A DNA stretch of 64,000 nt from an uncultured Pseudomonadales bacterium (GTDB lineage Bacteria; Patescibacteriota; Microgenomatia; UBA1400; UBA1396): the NCBI GenBank assembly GCA_964447905.1, contig CAYUUK010000005.1, positions 279 through 64,278 on the forward strand, in the 5' to 3' direction. Of this stretch, positions 1 through 9,878 are shown piece by piece. Within the stretch, counting starts at the first letter, position 1, and every line of letters starts with the position of its first letter. A model generated the notes under the pieces. That model was not told the DNA's origin and ran no database searches. It saw only the letters and a program-made list of their open reading frames with translations. The position numbers were made by a program, and so were the translations under genes.

Positions 1-71
1 CCTATAGGCGCATATAATAGTTCCACCATTCCACAAACAACAAAAAATTGACCCTTCGGTCAGTTTTTTAC

Positions 72-148
72 TGGTCGGGATGACTGGACTCGAACCAGCG
101 ACCTCGCGCTCCCAAAGCGCGCGCTCTAGCCATCTGAGCTACATCCCG
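72..148 (-). tRNA. tRNA-Pro (anticodon TGG), CCA encoded
   Basis: Manual cloverleaf on the reverse complement: acceptor CGGGATG/CATCCCG with the bacterial Pro-specific C1:G72 pair, anticodon stem CGCGC/GCGCG, loop TTTGGGA, T-loop TTCGAGT, discriminator A then CCA. Confidence 0.9.
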
Positions 149-261
149 AATGACGGCAGACCCGTATTGTACCGCATGTTGGCCATCATAAGTATACTAA
201 AGTATTTGTGCAGCGTACAATGGCGTTAGCGCACATGATGAGCAGAGAAGAGAAAGGAATC

Positions 262-894
262 ATGAAGCACACGCACATTGACGAGATACACTTCACCCAC
301 ATCACCTGGGAAGACTTAGCAGCGCTTACTGAAACGGTGGCAGAGGAGATTCTCCACGCTGAACAGGTACACTCATTTGATCGTATTATTGCCATTGCCA
401 ACGGTGGCTTAACTATGGCCCGCCATTTTGGTGATCGCTTAGGAATGAAGAAGATTAGTCTCTTGCAGACTGCCTTCTACGCTGATATTAACCAGCGTGA
501 GGAAGAGCCAACGGTCTTACAGCCGCTCGCGGTTGATATTACTGATGAGCATGTTTTGGTTTTTGAGGATATTGTTGATACTGGTAAAACGCTTGAGTTT
601 ATTCGCCCGTTGCTGCTTGATCAGTATGGAGCACAGTCAGTAACAATTGCCTCGTTACTCTCTAAATCTTGGGCCAGTGTCCAGCCAGATTTTGTGGCGG
701 CACAGCTGGACACCTGGATTATTTATCCCTACGAAACACGAGAAACCATTGAGTCACCTGCCCAGAAATGGACGCAAGCCGGTCACAACGCATCTGAAAT
801 CAGTAAGCGATTGATGGAAATTGGTTTTAGCACGCAAGATATTCATCGGTATTTTCACTACAATGATACTGCCAATGATACTGCCGGAGCTTGA
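262..894 (+). CDS. purine (hypoxanthine/xanthine-type) phosphoribosyltransferase
   Basis: PRPP-binding motif VLVFEDIVDTGKTL. GAAAGGA Shine-Dalgarno 6 nt upstream of the ATG at 262. The track ORF starts further upstream at 208. Confidence 0.75.
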   Translation: MKHTHIDEIHFTHITWEDLAALTETVAEEILHAEQVHSFDRIIAIANGGLTMARHFGDRLGMKKISLLQTAFYADINQREEEPTVLQPLAVDITDEHVLVFEDIVDTGKTLEFIRPLLLDQYGAQSVTIASLLSKSWASVQPDFVAAQLDTWIIYPYETRETIESPAQKWTQAGHNASEISKRLMEIGFSTQDIHRYFHYNDTANDTAGA

Positions 895-1370
895 TGAGCG
901 TCACGCAATTTAAAACCCTTCAGCGAAAAATTCCTACTTGGTTTCAGGCTGTTTGGTTGTGGTTGGTTATACTTTGCTGGGGTGCCTTCTCGGCTCCCGG
1001 TTGGGCTGGACAGTTTTTTGCCAAAGCGAGAGAAGTAAAGCACTTTGCGTTGCTTTCACCTCAAGAGCAACAGGCGGCTATATATGGGAGTGAGATGGCA
1101 CTTTTGCAAATGAAAGTGGTAGATTATACGCAAGAAGAATCAGATGTACTGCTTGTTGTGCCAGAAAAACCTCGCCAGTATGCAATTGGGAATAATCCGC
1201 CTCTACTGCGCGCGGTTACGCAGGGTTCGTTTGAAGTTGCTTCTATTACACAGGTAGCGAGTGACGAAGCCGGAATTGTTTTCTGGCACCCGGAACAGGC
1301 TATACACACCACTGAAGTACCTGCTCAAGTGGAAAGAGTTTCTTTAGAAAAAGAGAAAGTAGTAGAGTGA
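891..1370 (+). CDS. hypothetical secreted/membrane-anchored protein
   Basis: N-terminal hydrophobic signal-like segment. Start overlaps the upstream stop (TTG 891 or ATG 894). No recognisable family. Confidence 0.45.
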   Translation: MMSVTQFKTLQRKIPTWFQAVWLWLVILCWGAFSAPGWAGQFFAKAREVKHFALLSPQEQQAAIYGSEMALLQMKVVDYTQEESDVLLVVPEKPRQYAIGNNPPLLRAVTQGSFEVASITQVASDEAGIVFWHPEQAIHTTEVPAQVERVSLEKEKVVE

Positions 1371-2821
1371 TTGCGTTGGTACTTCTTGGACTGTTTTTAG
1401 CTGGAGCTCTGTTTTTTCGGGCGCTCTTCCAACGTCCGCTCACCTCTTTTGAATGGATTTTTGCGTATCCAGTAGGGCTTGCACTCACCGGTCTCTATCT
1501 TTTTCTTGGATGGTTGGCGTTGGTGCCATTTTGGCTTTTGACTGCATTTTGGTGGTTCAGTCTCGTACTGGGCGTGCTTTTTGGATGGAAACAGTGGCAT
1601 TTTGAGAGAGAGGTACAGGACACATTGCGTCTTATGACGCAAACAATTCGACAGGGAATTCGAGAACTGTTTGAGAGCAAGCCACCATTTTCGCACTGGC
1701 CGTTACTGTATATGGGTGCGGTCGTTGGTGTTGCCGCGCTGGTTGTGCTTGCTTGGCAGATTGCCTTCCCGCCGCTGAGTTGGGACTCACTCGCTTTGTA
1801 TGATTTTCGAGCGCAACGAGTCGTTGAAGGTTGGCAGATCCAGGATTTTGCTCGGCAATTTACCCGGATGCCAGAGTACCAGGCTTACGACTTTTTGCAT
1901 CCAATAACCAGTAGTTTGTGGTGGGCACTCGTGTATCAGTCAGGCGGTGCGCAGGTCTTGATGCTGTACTCCGCCTTACTCTTTACGGTGGTGCTGGCTG
2001 GGTGGAGTGTCTGGAAAACCTGGAGCGCTCGAGTAGTGTGGAGTTTTTTGTGGCTGAGTCTTCCGGCGGTATTCGTTTCGCTAACGGAAGGGTATGGAGC
2101 GTATCCGGCTAATCTCTATTGGGCACTCTTTGGACTGTGGTTTTTCGGTAAAGGAGGTGATCAGCTGAATGAACTACAGCGTTGGCAACCGTATCTGGTA
2201 GCTGGACTCTGTATTCTCGGTTCGGTGAGTGGGCGAGTAACTGAGTATTATTGGCTGGGCGTGTTATTGGTGAGTAGTGGTATTCTGGCTTATTTTGGAA
2301 GACATCAGATGGTAAAAACTGTGAAAAACTTTATGGCTTTGTGGCTGCTGCCGCTGATAAGTGTCGGTGTGTGGTTAGGAGCGCGAAGTTGGGCGGTACA
2401 GGTGAGTGGGGCTAGTGACGAGGATCGATCGATTGTCCACTTGGTGCAGTCGCTGTGGGACTCTGGACTCGCCCCTGTGTGGACAGCACTGCAGGCTGAG
2501 TTTGCACACTGGATATTCTCACCACTTTTGCCTTGGTTGGTTCTTGTTGCAGTGGGAGTGTGGATGTTCTGGCGTACTCGCCGCCAGTGGCCACGATTGT
2601 GGAGTGTATGGGGAGTGATGCTGGTGGTGAATGGAGGCATTCTGCTTGCCGGCATGGTGGCACTTCATATTGTTTTTGGAGAACGGTGGGAAGAGGCCAG
2701 ACAAGCGATGGATCGGGCAATTATGCCGCTTTTGGCTCTGATATTTATGTGGCTGGCTGATCTGACGAATCGATTTTTCCTTTCAGCTTCTGAGTCAGGC
2801 ACCTCTCGACAGAAAAAGTAA
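1367..2821 (+). CDS. polytopic integral membrane protein (Trp/Leu-rich), unknown function
   Basis: GTG start overlapping the upstream stop (translational coupling). More than 10 hydrophobic segments. Confidence 0.5.
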   Translation: MIALVLLGLFLAGALFFRALFQRPLTSFEWIFAYPVGLALTGLYLFLGWLALVPFWLLTAFWWFSLVLGVLFGWKQWHFEREVQDTLRLMTQTIRQGIRELFESKPPFSHWPLLYMGAVVGVAALVVLAWQIAFPPLSWDSLALYDFRAQRVVEGWQIQDFARQFTRMPEYQAYDFLHPITSSLWWALVYQSGGAQVLMLYSALLFTVVLAGWSVWKTWSARVVWSFLWLSLPAVFVSLTEGYGAYPANLYWALFGLWFFGKGGDQLNELQRWQPYLVAGLCILGSVSGRVTEYYWLGVLLVSSGILAYFGRHQMVKTVKNFMALWLLPLISVGVWLGARSWAVQVSGASDEDRSIVHLVQSLWDSGLAPVWTALQAEFAHWIFSPLLPWLVLVAVGVWMFWRTRRQWPRLWSVWGVMLVVNGGILLAGMVALHIVFGERWEEARQAMDRAIMPLLALIFMWLADLTNRFFLSASESGTSRQKK

Positions 2822-2841
2822 GTGTGGTACGCTAACTCGAG

Positions 2842-3198
2842 ATGTGGATTTTTCAAGTGAGCATGGCACTTTTTGCGGTGAGCATGCTCTATGTGCTCAG
2901 AATTCATTACCGCAAGCATCGCTTAAGTGCTTTTGAGTTTGGGTGTTGGGTGGCCGTTTGGCTCAGTTTTGTTGGTTTTGCTTTGGTTCCATCGGTTTTA
3001 CAAGGGGTAGCTGATGTCTTGCGCATTGGTCGGGTATTTGACCTGCTTGTGATTGCCGCGTTTATTATTTTGAGTACCGTGGTTATGGGCACACGTCTTC
3101 TGGTTTTAAAGGTGCGTGACCAGCTGGAGCAGCTGGTGAGAATGCAAGCACTGCAACGAGCGGAGTACGAAAAAGAAGTTTCTCGACTGAAAAAGTAA
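2842..3198 (+). CDS. small DUF2304-like membrane protein (two TM segments plus a charged C-terminal helix)
   Basis: About 118 aa with two TM segments and a C-terminal coiled-coil, immediately upstream of a GT2 gene. This size, architecture and position are typical of DUF2304-like proteins. Confidence 0.5.
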   Translation: MWIFQVSMALFAVSMLYVLRIHYRKHRLSAFEFGCWVAVWLSFVGFALVPSVLQGVADVLRIGRVFDLLVIAAFIILSTVVMGTRLLVLKVRDQLEQLVRMQALQRAEYEKEVSRLKK

Positions 3199-3203
3199 AA
3201 ACT

Positions 3204-4001
3204 ATGTCAGTTTCCCTTCCCACAATTTCGCTGGTGATGCCAAGTTACAACCAAGTGCAGTTTTTGCGCGGTGCACTGGAAAGTGTGTTGCAGCAAGGAT
3301 ATCCAAAATTGCAGTTGATTGTGCGTGATGGTGGCTCTACTGATGGCTCGGTAGATGTCCTGCGCTCGTATGGCTCGCGATTCCAGTGGGTTTCTGAGTC
3401 CGATGGTGGGCAAACCGCAGCTTTGAATGCGGGCTTTGCGCAGGCTACTGGAGAGATTATTGGTTTTTTGAATAGTGATGATCTTTTACTCCCCAATACA
3501 CTCTGGGAAGTAGCGGGACTGTTCCGTCTGTTTCCAGATTTGAACTGGGTAACTGGAGACTATCAGATTATTGATGAACATGGACAGTTGCGAGATCCGC
3601 TGATCAAACAGTATAAAACTTGGCAACGAAGTATGTTTCGCCATAGCCCTGCACTTTTTCCGCTCATTCTCGGAGTAAATAATCCGATTGTGCAACCAAG
3701 TACTTTTTGGCGCCGAGATATTCATGATCAAGGTGCTCGCTTACGCGAAGATCTCGATCTGGTAATGGATTACGAGTGGTGGTGGCAGCTGTATCATGCG
3801 TATGGATCACCGCTTGTGGTGCCGTATGAATGGTCAGCATTTCGTGTGCATGCTGACTCAAAAGGGGGGAAGTACTTTGCCGAGCGCCTCAATGAGCAGC
3901 TGGAAGTGGCTAAAGAGTACCAGATTTCAGCAGGACTCCAAAATATTCACGCTTTTCACAATCAAGTTGTGACCTGGATGTATGAGCGCGGCATTTCGTG
4001 A
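3204..4001 (+). CDS. glycosyltransferase family 2
   Basis: N-terminal LVMPSYNQ...VRDGGSTDGS, plus D-x-D-containing NSDD, is a GT2 signature. Confidence 0.8.
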   Translation: MSVSLPTISLVMPSYNQVQFLRGALESVLQQGYPKLQLIVRDGGSTDGSVDVLRSYGSRFQWVSESDGGQTAALNAGFAQATGEIIGFLNSDDLLLPNTLWEVAGLFRLFPDLNWVTGDYQIIDEHGQLRDPLIKQYKTWQRSMFRHSPALFPLILGVNNPIVQPSTFWRRDIHDQGARLREDLDLVMDYEWWWQLYHAYGSPLVVPYEWSAFRVHADSKGGKYFAERLNEQLEVAKEYQISAGLQNIHAFHNQVVTWMYERGIS

Positions 4002-4014
4002 TGCGTTGAGAAAT

Positions 4015-5004
4015 TTACTCTGAGAGCGTGGCCTGCACTTGAGCCTCGATCCAGTTATAGGTGCGGCGCAAGCCTTCTTCTAAACTGATTTCTGGTTCCC
4101 ACTTGAGGACTTCTTTCAGCTTGGTGTTGTCTGAGTTTCGGCCGCGTACTCCTTGAGGACCCTCAATGTGTTTTTTGGAGATCTCGACGCCAGCGATAGT
4201 GGCAATAATGTCGGCAAGTTCATTGATAGTTACCATGCGGTCTTGCCCGATGTTGAGCGGCTCAGAATACTCGGAGTTCATAAGCAGGTGTAAGCCGGTG
4301 ACGGCATCGTCTACGTAACAGAAGGAGCGAGTTTGTTCACCGTCGCCCCAGATTTCAATTTCGTGGTTGCCGGTGAGTTTTGCGGTGGCGATTTTTCGAC
4401 AGAGAGCTGCTGGGGCTTTCTCGCGGCCACCTTGCCAGGTTCCCTCAGGACCAAAAATATTGTGGAAGCGAGTTACTCGCGTTTCGATTCCATAGTCCTG
4501 CTGGTAGTAATGACAGAATCGCTCAGAAATGAGTTTTTCCCAACCATAGGCGTCTTGTGGGTTGGCTGGATAGGCATCTTCTTCTTTGAGGGGCTGCAGA
4601 TTGGTGATTTCTTGTTTTTCAACAGGGTAGATACAGGCTGAAGAGGTATACAGATATTTTTTGACGCCATTTTTCTGTGCGGCATCTAAAGTGTGCGTAT
4701 TTATCAGAGAGTTGTCATGCAAAATGACAGCATCGTGGCTGGAAATGTATCCCATCCCGCCCATATCAGCGGCTAAGGCATAGACTTGATCAATGTCTTT
4801 GGTCGCGGTAAGTGCGGACTCTTTTTCCCTCAGATCGAGCAGTAGAAACTCATCGGCTACGGTCTCAGAGAATTCTGGCTTTTTGATGTCCACTCCACGC
4901 ACCCAGTACCCGCGTTCTTTGAGAAAAGCAACTAAATGGTGGCCAATAAAGCCTCCAGCACCGGTGACTAAAACTCTGGTTGATGCAGTATCTTTTGTGG
5001 ACAT
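4015..5004 (-). CDS. NAD-dependent sugar-nucleotide epimerase/dehydratase (extended SDR)
   Basis: VLVTGAGGFIGHHL Rossmann motif and YTSSACIY catalytic-region motif. ATG at 5004 with GGAG 5 nt upstream. The track ORF starts at TTG 5016. Confidence 0.8.
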   Translation of the reverse strand: MSTKDTASTRVLVTGAGGFIGHHLVAFLKERGYWVRGVDIKKPEFSETVADEFLLLDLREKESALTATKDIDQVYALAADMGGMGYISSHDAVILHDNSLINTHTLDAAQKNGVKKYLYTSSACIYPVEKQEITNLQPLKEEDAYPANPQDAYGWEKLISERFCHYYQQDYGIETRVTRFHNIFGPEGTWQGGREKAPAALCRKIATAKLTGNHEIEIWGDGEQTRSFCYVDDAVTGLHLLMNSEYSEPLNIGQDRMVTINELADIIATIAGVEISKKHIEGPQGVRGRNSDNTKLKEVLKWEPEISLEEGLRRTYNWIEAQVQATLSE

Positions 5005-5035
5005 GTATGACTCCAATTCTATTCGTGCTCACATC

Positions 5036-5626
5036 TTAGCGAGAGAAACCTTCGTACGCAACGCGGGGAATGATGCCAGCCTTATCAACTGGCCAGTAGC
5101 GTAGAAAGGCGCGACCAACTATATTTTGTTTGCCAATAGGTCCCCACACGCGCGAGTCTGAGGAAAAAGGGCGGTTATCGCCAACTACGAAGTACTCGTT
5201 TTCACCCAAAAATACTTCCCGTCCGCCAGCGGTAAACTCACCGGCTTTGGTGTAGTTTTCAGGAGGAATGTAGGGTTCTGGAAGCGCTTGACCATTAATG
5301 TAGATAGCATTGTCGTGCACTGAGAGGGTATCGCCGGGCAAGCCAATGACACGTTTAATAAAGTCACAGCCAGTCCCCTGTGCACAACCAGCCGCCTCAG
5401 GGGCATGAAACACTACCACGTCGCCGCGTCGTGGTTCGCCAGTTTGGTAGGACACTTTGTCGGTGAGGACATACTCACCGCTGAGAAAAGTGGGTTCCAT
5501 GGACTGTCCATTTACCTGGTGTGGTTGCATGAAGAACAGATACACCACCAAAAAAATGGAAAGAGCAACGACAACTGTTTCAACAATGTCGAGCATGGCA
5601 CCGCTTATGCGCTGGAAAATACTCAT
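5036..5626 (-). CDS. lepB: signal peptidase I
   Basis: GQSMEPTF (catalytic-Ser box) and GDNRPFSSDSRVWGPI box are hallmark SPase I motifs. Internal Met at 5626 chosen to avoid overlapping the divergent neighbour. Confidence 0.85.
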   Translation of the reverse strand: MSIFQRISGAMLDIVETVVVALSIFLVVYLFFMQPHQVNGQSMEPTFLSGEYVLTDKVSYQTGEPRRGDVVVFHAPEAAGCAQGTGCDFIKRVIGLPGDTLSVHDNAIYINGQALPEPYIPPENYTKAGEFTAGGREVFLGENEYFVVGDNRPFSSDSRVWGPIGKQNIVGRAFLRYWPVDKAGIIPRVAYEGFSR

Positions 5627-5701
5627 ACAGCGTATTGTGGCACGCTCATGAGAGGCATGCAATACGAAAAGAATGCTGCTCCATGGCGTATAATAGGCCG
5701 C

Positions 5702-6439
5702 ATGCAAGTTCATGCAGTGCGAACACCTCAGATTGTACAGGCCGGTGATGATTTGAAATCGATTCTTCGGGAGAGTATTGATTCACTTCCTGAGCGTTCG
5801 GTGGTAGCCATTACTTCCAAGATCGTGAGTTTGGCCCAAGGTCGAGTTGTTGCTTCGAACACAGTTCAAAAACACGATCTCATTCGCCAAGAAGCCGATT
5901 TGTATACCGAGCCAACATCTTCCAAGTACGACATAATGCTCACGGTCACTGATGGCCACCTTTGTGTCAATGCTGGCATCGACGAATCAAATGCCAGTGA
6001 AGGCTATGTGTTGTGGCCAGAAGATTCTCAGCAGGTAGCCAACGAAGTATGGCAGTTTTTACGTGAAGAGTATGGGGTGAAAGAGCTGGGCGTCATTATT
6101 ACCGATAGTCGCACTCAGCCGCTCTATTGGGGAGTTATTGGCGCTACTTTGGCCCATTGTGGCTTTAAAGCGCTTAATACTCTGATCGGCACACCAGATT
6201 TATACGGTCGAGAAATGCGTATGACGCAGGAAAGTGTGTACCAAGCACTTGCGGTTGCTGCGGTATTTGAAATGGGCGAAGGCGCACAGCAAACACCTCT
6301 GGCTATTATCAGCGACATTCGTCAGATTACTTTTCAGAATCGGCCACCGACGCAAGAAGAGTTAGCCGCTCTGCACATTGAGCTCGAAGATGATGTCTAT
6401 GCGCCAATTTTGATGAAAGCTGAGTGGAAAAAACTTTAA
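5702..6439 (+). CDS. CofE-like protein (F420-0:gamma-glutamyl ligase family fold)
   Basis: Motifs ITSKIVSLAQGR, ITDSRTQP and GVIGATLAHCGF resemble the CofE/FbiB N-terminal ligase family. Start set at MQVHAVRT, 75 bp from the divergent lepB. Confidence 0.5.
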   Translation: MQVHAVRTPQIVQAGDDLKSILRESIDSLPERSVVAITSKIVSLAQGRVVASNTVQKHDLIRQEADLYTEPTSSKYDIMLTVTDGHLCVNAGIDESNASEGYVLWPEDSQQVANEVWQFLREEYGVKELGVIITDSRTQPLYWGVIGATLAHCGFKALNTLIGTPDLYGREMRMTQESVYQALAVAAVFEMGEGAQQTPLAIISDIRQITFQNRPPTQEELAALHIELEDDVYAPILMKAEWKKL

Positions 6440-6471
6440 AAAGAAAGTATAAATAGTAAAAAAGGAGTTTT

Positions 6472-6744
6472 GTGGCAAGAGGAGAAGGTGTTTCTGTAAC
6501 ATTTCGTTACACGAAAGATGGTAAAGACGGTGAAATGGTGTACGACGGTACGAACTCTGTAGCTGAGTACCAACAGGCGAAGCGCAAGTTTGAAAACCTT
6601 GTTGGACAAGTGTCGACACTCTCTAGATTTCGTGTCAGTTTTGAGAAAAATGGCAAAGTGGTTGATAGCTTTTTCAAAGCTGCTACGGAGTTTTACGGAC
6701 TTCCTAGGTCTGAGGCCCAAGAATTAGATGAGGATAACAGATAA
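6472..6744 (+). CDS. small hypothetical protein (90 aa)
   Basis: GTG start 6 nt after a perfect AAGGAG Shine-Dalgarno. No family recognised. Confidence 0.45.
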   Translation: MARGEGVSVTFRYTKDGKDGEMVYDGTNSVAEYQQAKRKFENLVGQVSTLSRFRVSFEKNGKVVDSFFKAATEFYGLPRSEAQELDEDNR

Positions 6745-6761
6745 TCCGGTACAATACCCCT

Positions 6762-7958
6762 ATGTCTGATTTACCAAAACATACTTTAACGCCTGAATTG
6801 GCTTTACGCCGCGGCGTTGATCAGATCTTGCCTGATGCCGATGCACTGGCAAAGGAGATGAATCAACGCTCTATTCGGTTGTATTTAGGCATCGATCCAA
6901 CGGGAAATCAGCTGCATCTGGGCCATGCGGTGGTACTGCGAAAGCTACAGCAGTTTGCCGAACTTGGGCACGAAGTTATCTTGCTCATTGGCAATGGCAC
7001 CGTTAAAATCGGTGATCCCACCGGCAAAGACAAAACTCGTCCCATGATTACCGACGAAGAAATCGAAGCTAACTTCCACAACTGGAAAGAGCAGGCGAGT
7101 ACGATTCTTGATTTTGACAAAATCACTATTCGCCGCAATGGTGACTGGTATGACGAGATGAATTTCTCTGAGCTGATCCGGTTGTTTTCCAATATGACCG
7201 TGCAGCAGCTTATGGAGCGTGATATGTTCCAGGAGCGTTTGAAAAACAACGCTCCCATTCACGCTCACGAAATTCTCTACCCAATTTTGCAAGGATATGA
7301 CTCTGTGGCCATGGAAGTGGATCTCGAGCTTGGTGGCACCGACCAAATCTTTAACATGATGGTCGGCCGACAGATGCTCAGGAGTATGAATGACCGTGAA
7401 AAATGGGTGCTGGCTGTGCCACTGCTCATTGGTACCGATGGTCGCAAGATGGGCAAGTCACTCGGTAACTTTATTGCTCTCACTGAAGCCCCACGCGACA
7501 TGTACGGCAAGCTGATGTCAGTTACCGACGAAATTATTACGCAGTACTTCCGTTTGCTGACCGACGTGGCCGACGAAGAGATCGACGACATGGACGCACA
7601 GATGGCGAATGGTGCGAACCCGATGGAGTTTAAGAAGCAGCTTGCTTTCACGATTACGGCTGATCTGCATGACACGTCGGCCGCTGAAGATGCCCAAGCC
7701 TACTTTGAGCGGACGGTGCAGCAGGGTGAGGTGCCGAAGAATATGCCGACACTTTCTCTTTCTCAGCAAGAAATCAGTGTTCTCGATCTTGTGATGGCCT
7801 CACAAGTTCCTGGGAGTCGCAGCGAGGGACGACGACTGATCGAACAAGGCGGGGTGAGTGTAAATGACGAAAAACTCACCGACCCCACTGCCGAAATTTC
7901 ACCTCAGTCCGGAGCCGTACTAAAAGTAGGAAAGCGAAATTGGTTTCGCATTGAGTAA
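6762..7958 (+). CDS. tyrS: tyrosyl-tRNA synthetase
   Basis: Class I HIGH motif as HLGH, KMSKS as KMGKS, and a C-terminal S4-like domain (GGVSVNDEKL). About 400 aa. Confidence 0.9.
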   Translation: MSDLPKHTLTPELALRRGVDQILPDADALAKEMNQRSIRLYLGIDPTGNQLHLGHAVVLRKLQQFAELGHEVILLIGNGTVKIGDPTGKDKTRPMITDEEIEANFHNWKEQASTILDFDKITIRRNGDWYDEMNFSELIRLFSNMTVQQLMERDMFQERLKNNAPIHAHEILYPILQGYDSVAMEVDLELGGTDQIFNMMVGRQMLRSMNDREKWVLAVPLLIGTDGRKMGKSLGNFIALTEAPRDMYGKLMSVTDEIITQYFRLLTDVADEEIDDMDAQMANGANPMEFKKQLAFTITADLHDTSAAEDAQAYFERTVQQGEVPKNMPTLSLSQQEISVLDLVMASQVPGSRSEGRRLIEQGGVSVNDEKLTDPTAEISPQSGAVLKVGKRNWFRIE

Positions 7959-7970
7959 GAAAGTGGAAAT

Positions 7971-8519
7971 ATGACAGCAGAGAGAACACCAACACCAAGT
8001 GGTGCGAGTAATACTGAAAGCCGCGAAGGAGCTGAAAACCAGACATTTTCTGAAGTACTGATTCCTGGTCACTTGAGCTACTTAGAAAGTGTCTTAGGTG
8101 TAGACTCAATTGATAATACAGTGGATGGCCTTGAATCGCTTTTGCGGGAGAACACAGAAGATGTTCTTACGGCACTGATGTTGGAATTGAATCAGATGGA
8201 TATCGCAGCAGTTATCCGCGGTGCCGAAGAAACTCTTGAAAGCTCAAGTAGTTCTCGGGCTGCAGAACAACTAATGTTAGCAAAAAGAACTCTTGAACCT
8301 AAAAGAGTTTTGGTGCGACTTATTTCACCGTATGTGCAGAATTTGACCGACCCGGGTCGGCAGAGATTGACTCAACTGCAAGAAGCCCTCAATGAAGAGA
8401 ATCCAGATTCTTACATGACAGAAATTGCCAGAGTCGAGGGAAAAATAGAGCAAGCTCGTGCAGCGGCTAAGCAGCGACAAGCTGAAATTCTGGCACTAAG
8501 AGATAAACGGTCAGAGTAG
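7971..8519 (+). CDS. hypothetical acidic coiled-coil protein
   Basis: ORF only. No motifs recognised. Confidence 0.4.
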   Translation: MTAERTPTPSGASNTESREGAENQTFSEVLIPGHLSYLESVLGVDSIDNTVDGLESLLRENTEDVLTALMLELNQMDIAAVIRGAEETLESSSSSRAAEQLMLAKRTLEPKRVLVRLISPYVQNLTDPGRQRLTQLQEALNEENPDSYMTEIARVEGKIEQARAAAKQRQAEILALRDKRSE

Positions 8520-8577
8520 GCCTACTCAGCTCTTTACGAGTATTGGTTTTTCGGTGCTCTCTGCGTAAGATACTCTT

Positions 8578-9864
8578 ATGACTGCTTTTCAAAAAGTGTG
8601 GCGCTTAGCGCTTCGATCCCCAGCCCTTCGCCAATCAGCCGTCGCGATGGTCGGTACTGGCTTGACCGGCGCTCTCATGGCCGCGGCCATGATTATGGCC
8701 TCGCGCTTTATGGGCCCGATTGATTTTGGTATTTTCTCGGTGGCTATTGCCATCATGATGATTCTCACCAAAGGTACAGATCTTGGTTTAAATCAGCTCT
8801 TTCCTCGGCTACTCAATCAGTGGCACACGCAGCCGGAAATCCAGGAAAATTTCTTGGCGCAGATGGTGAAGTGGCGAGTGATTCTTTCTGTCGTGACGAT
8901 GGTAATTGGGGTGATGAGCATTCCGATGTTGATGCAGTGGCTTGATTTTCCCCATATGAGCATTCTGGTTCTGGCGGTGCTCGGTGCAGTTTTGGTGGGA
9001 TGGTATGAGCATGGGTACTTACTGTTATCTGCTAGGCATAAGTTTGTGAGTGTCGCTGTGATGAGTGTGTTGCAGGCAGTCTTGAAGCTGGTTGTCTTTG
9101 CTGGATTATTTTTTTCTGGTTTTGGAACTACTTTTTTGATCTCGCTGATCTACTTTATTTCTCCCTTTGTGAGTTTGTTGGTGGTGGCTCAATTGACGCG
9201 CTTTGCTTGGCTGCGCAAGGCGGTTCCAACGCACCAAGCAGTATCGCGAGCGATTCGGCGATTTTGGCCGCATGCTGCTGTTGGGTCGATTGCCATTACG
9301 CTCATTAATAATGTCGATGTATTGCTGGTGCAAGGCTCACTCAACAGTTTAGAAACTGGCTTATATGCTGGTGCTACTCGGTTAGCTTCCTTTGTTGTGC
9401 TGATTACGTACGCGGTGAGTTCTGTGTTGAACAATCGCGTGAGTCGTTACCGGACGAAAGCTGACTTACGCTCCTATCTTTGGAAGTCCTTGAGTTTGGT
9501 GGGACTTTCTTTTGTAGGATTCTTATTTTTCGTGCCTATAGCGCGCGAGATTATGTGGTGGACAATCGGTCCAGAATACCTGGCTGGTTTAGTGCCGTTT
9601 ATTATTTTAATGGCCAATGCTTTGCTCGGGTTTGCGCTCGTGCCGTATACCAGTTACTTTTTTGCGGTGGATGCGCCGAGTTATCACTCCATTGGTGGTG
9701 TGATTCAAGTGGTGATCATTGTGGGTGGAAACATGCTGTATTTACAGTCTCACGGCTTGCTCGCGGCAGCGGGAATTCGACTGTTAGCCACCATCATTTT
9801 TGCGCTCTATACCGCGTTCATGATTGCGCTGACTTGGAAAAAAGTCGGGGCAGAAAACTCGTAG
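8578..9864 (+). CDS. polysaccharide flippase-like (MOP/Wzx superfamily) membrane protein
   Basis: 428 aa with about 12 TM segments. Sits in the glycan-locus context. Confidence 0.55.
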   Translation: MTAFQKVWRLALRSPALRQSAVAMVGTGLTGALMAAAMIMASRFMGPIDFGIFSVAIAIMMILTKGTDLGLNQLFPRLLNQWHTQPEIQENFLAQMVKWRVILSVVTMVIGVMSIPMLMQWLDFPHMSILVLAVLGAVLVGWYEHGYLLLSARHKFVSVAVMSVLQAVLKLVVFAGLFFSGFGTTFLISLIYFISPFVSLLVVAQLTRFAWLRKAVPTHQAVSRAIRRFWPHAAVGSIAITLINNVDVLLVQGSLNSLETGLYAGATRLASFVVLITYAVSSVLNNRVSRYRTKADLRSYLWKSLSLVGLSFVGFLFFVPIAREIMWWTIGPEYLAGLVPFIILMANALLGFALVPYTSYFFAVDAPSYHSIGGVIQVVIIVGGNMLYLQSHGLLAAAGIRLLATIIFALYTAFMIALTWKKVGAENS

Positions 9865-9878
9865 ATTTCTTGTCGAAG

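Noticed and set aside
186-401. 71-aa minus-strand ORF antisense to the phosphoribosyltransferase gene
   Set aside because: Fully contained within a well-supported plus-strand gene. No expression signals.
5036-5713. Signal peptidase start at 5713, and CofE-like start at 5405
   Set aside because: Both would create a roughly 300-nt divergent overlap. The internal Mets (5626 and 5702) give conserved-looking N-termini and leave a 75-bp divergent promoter gap.
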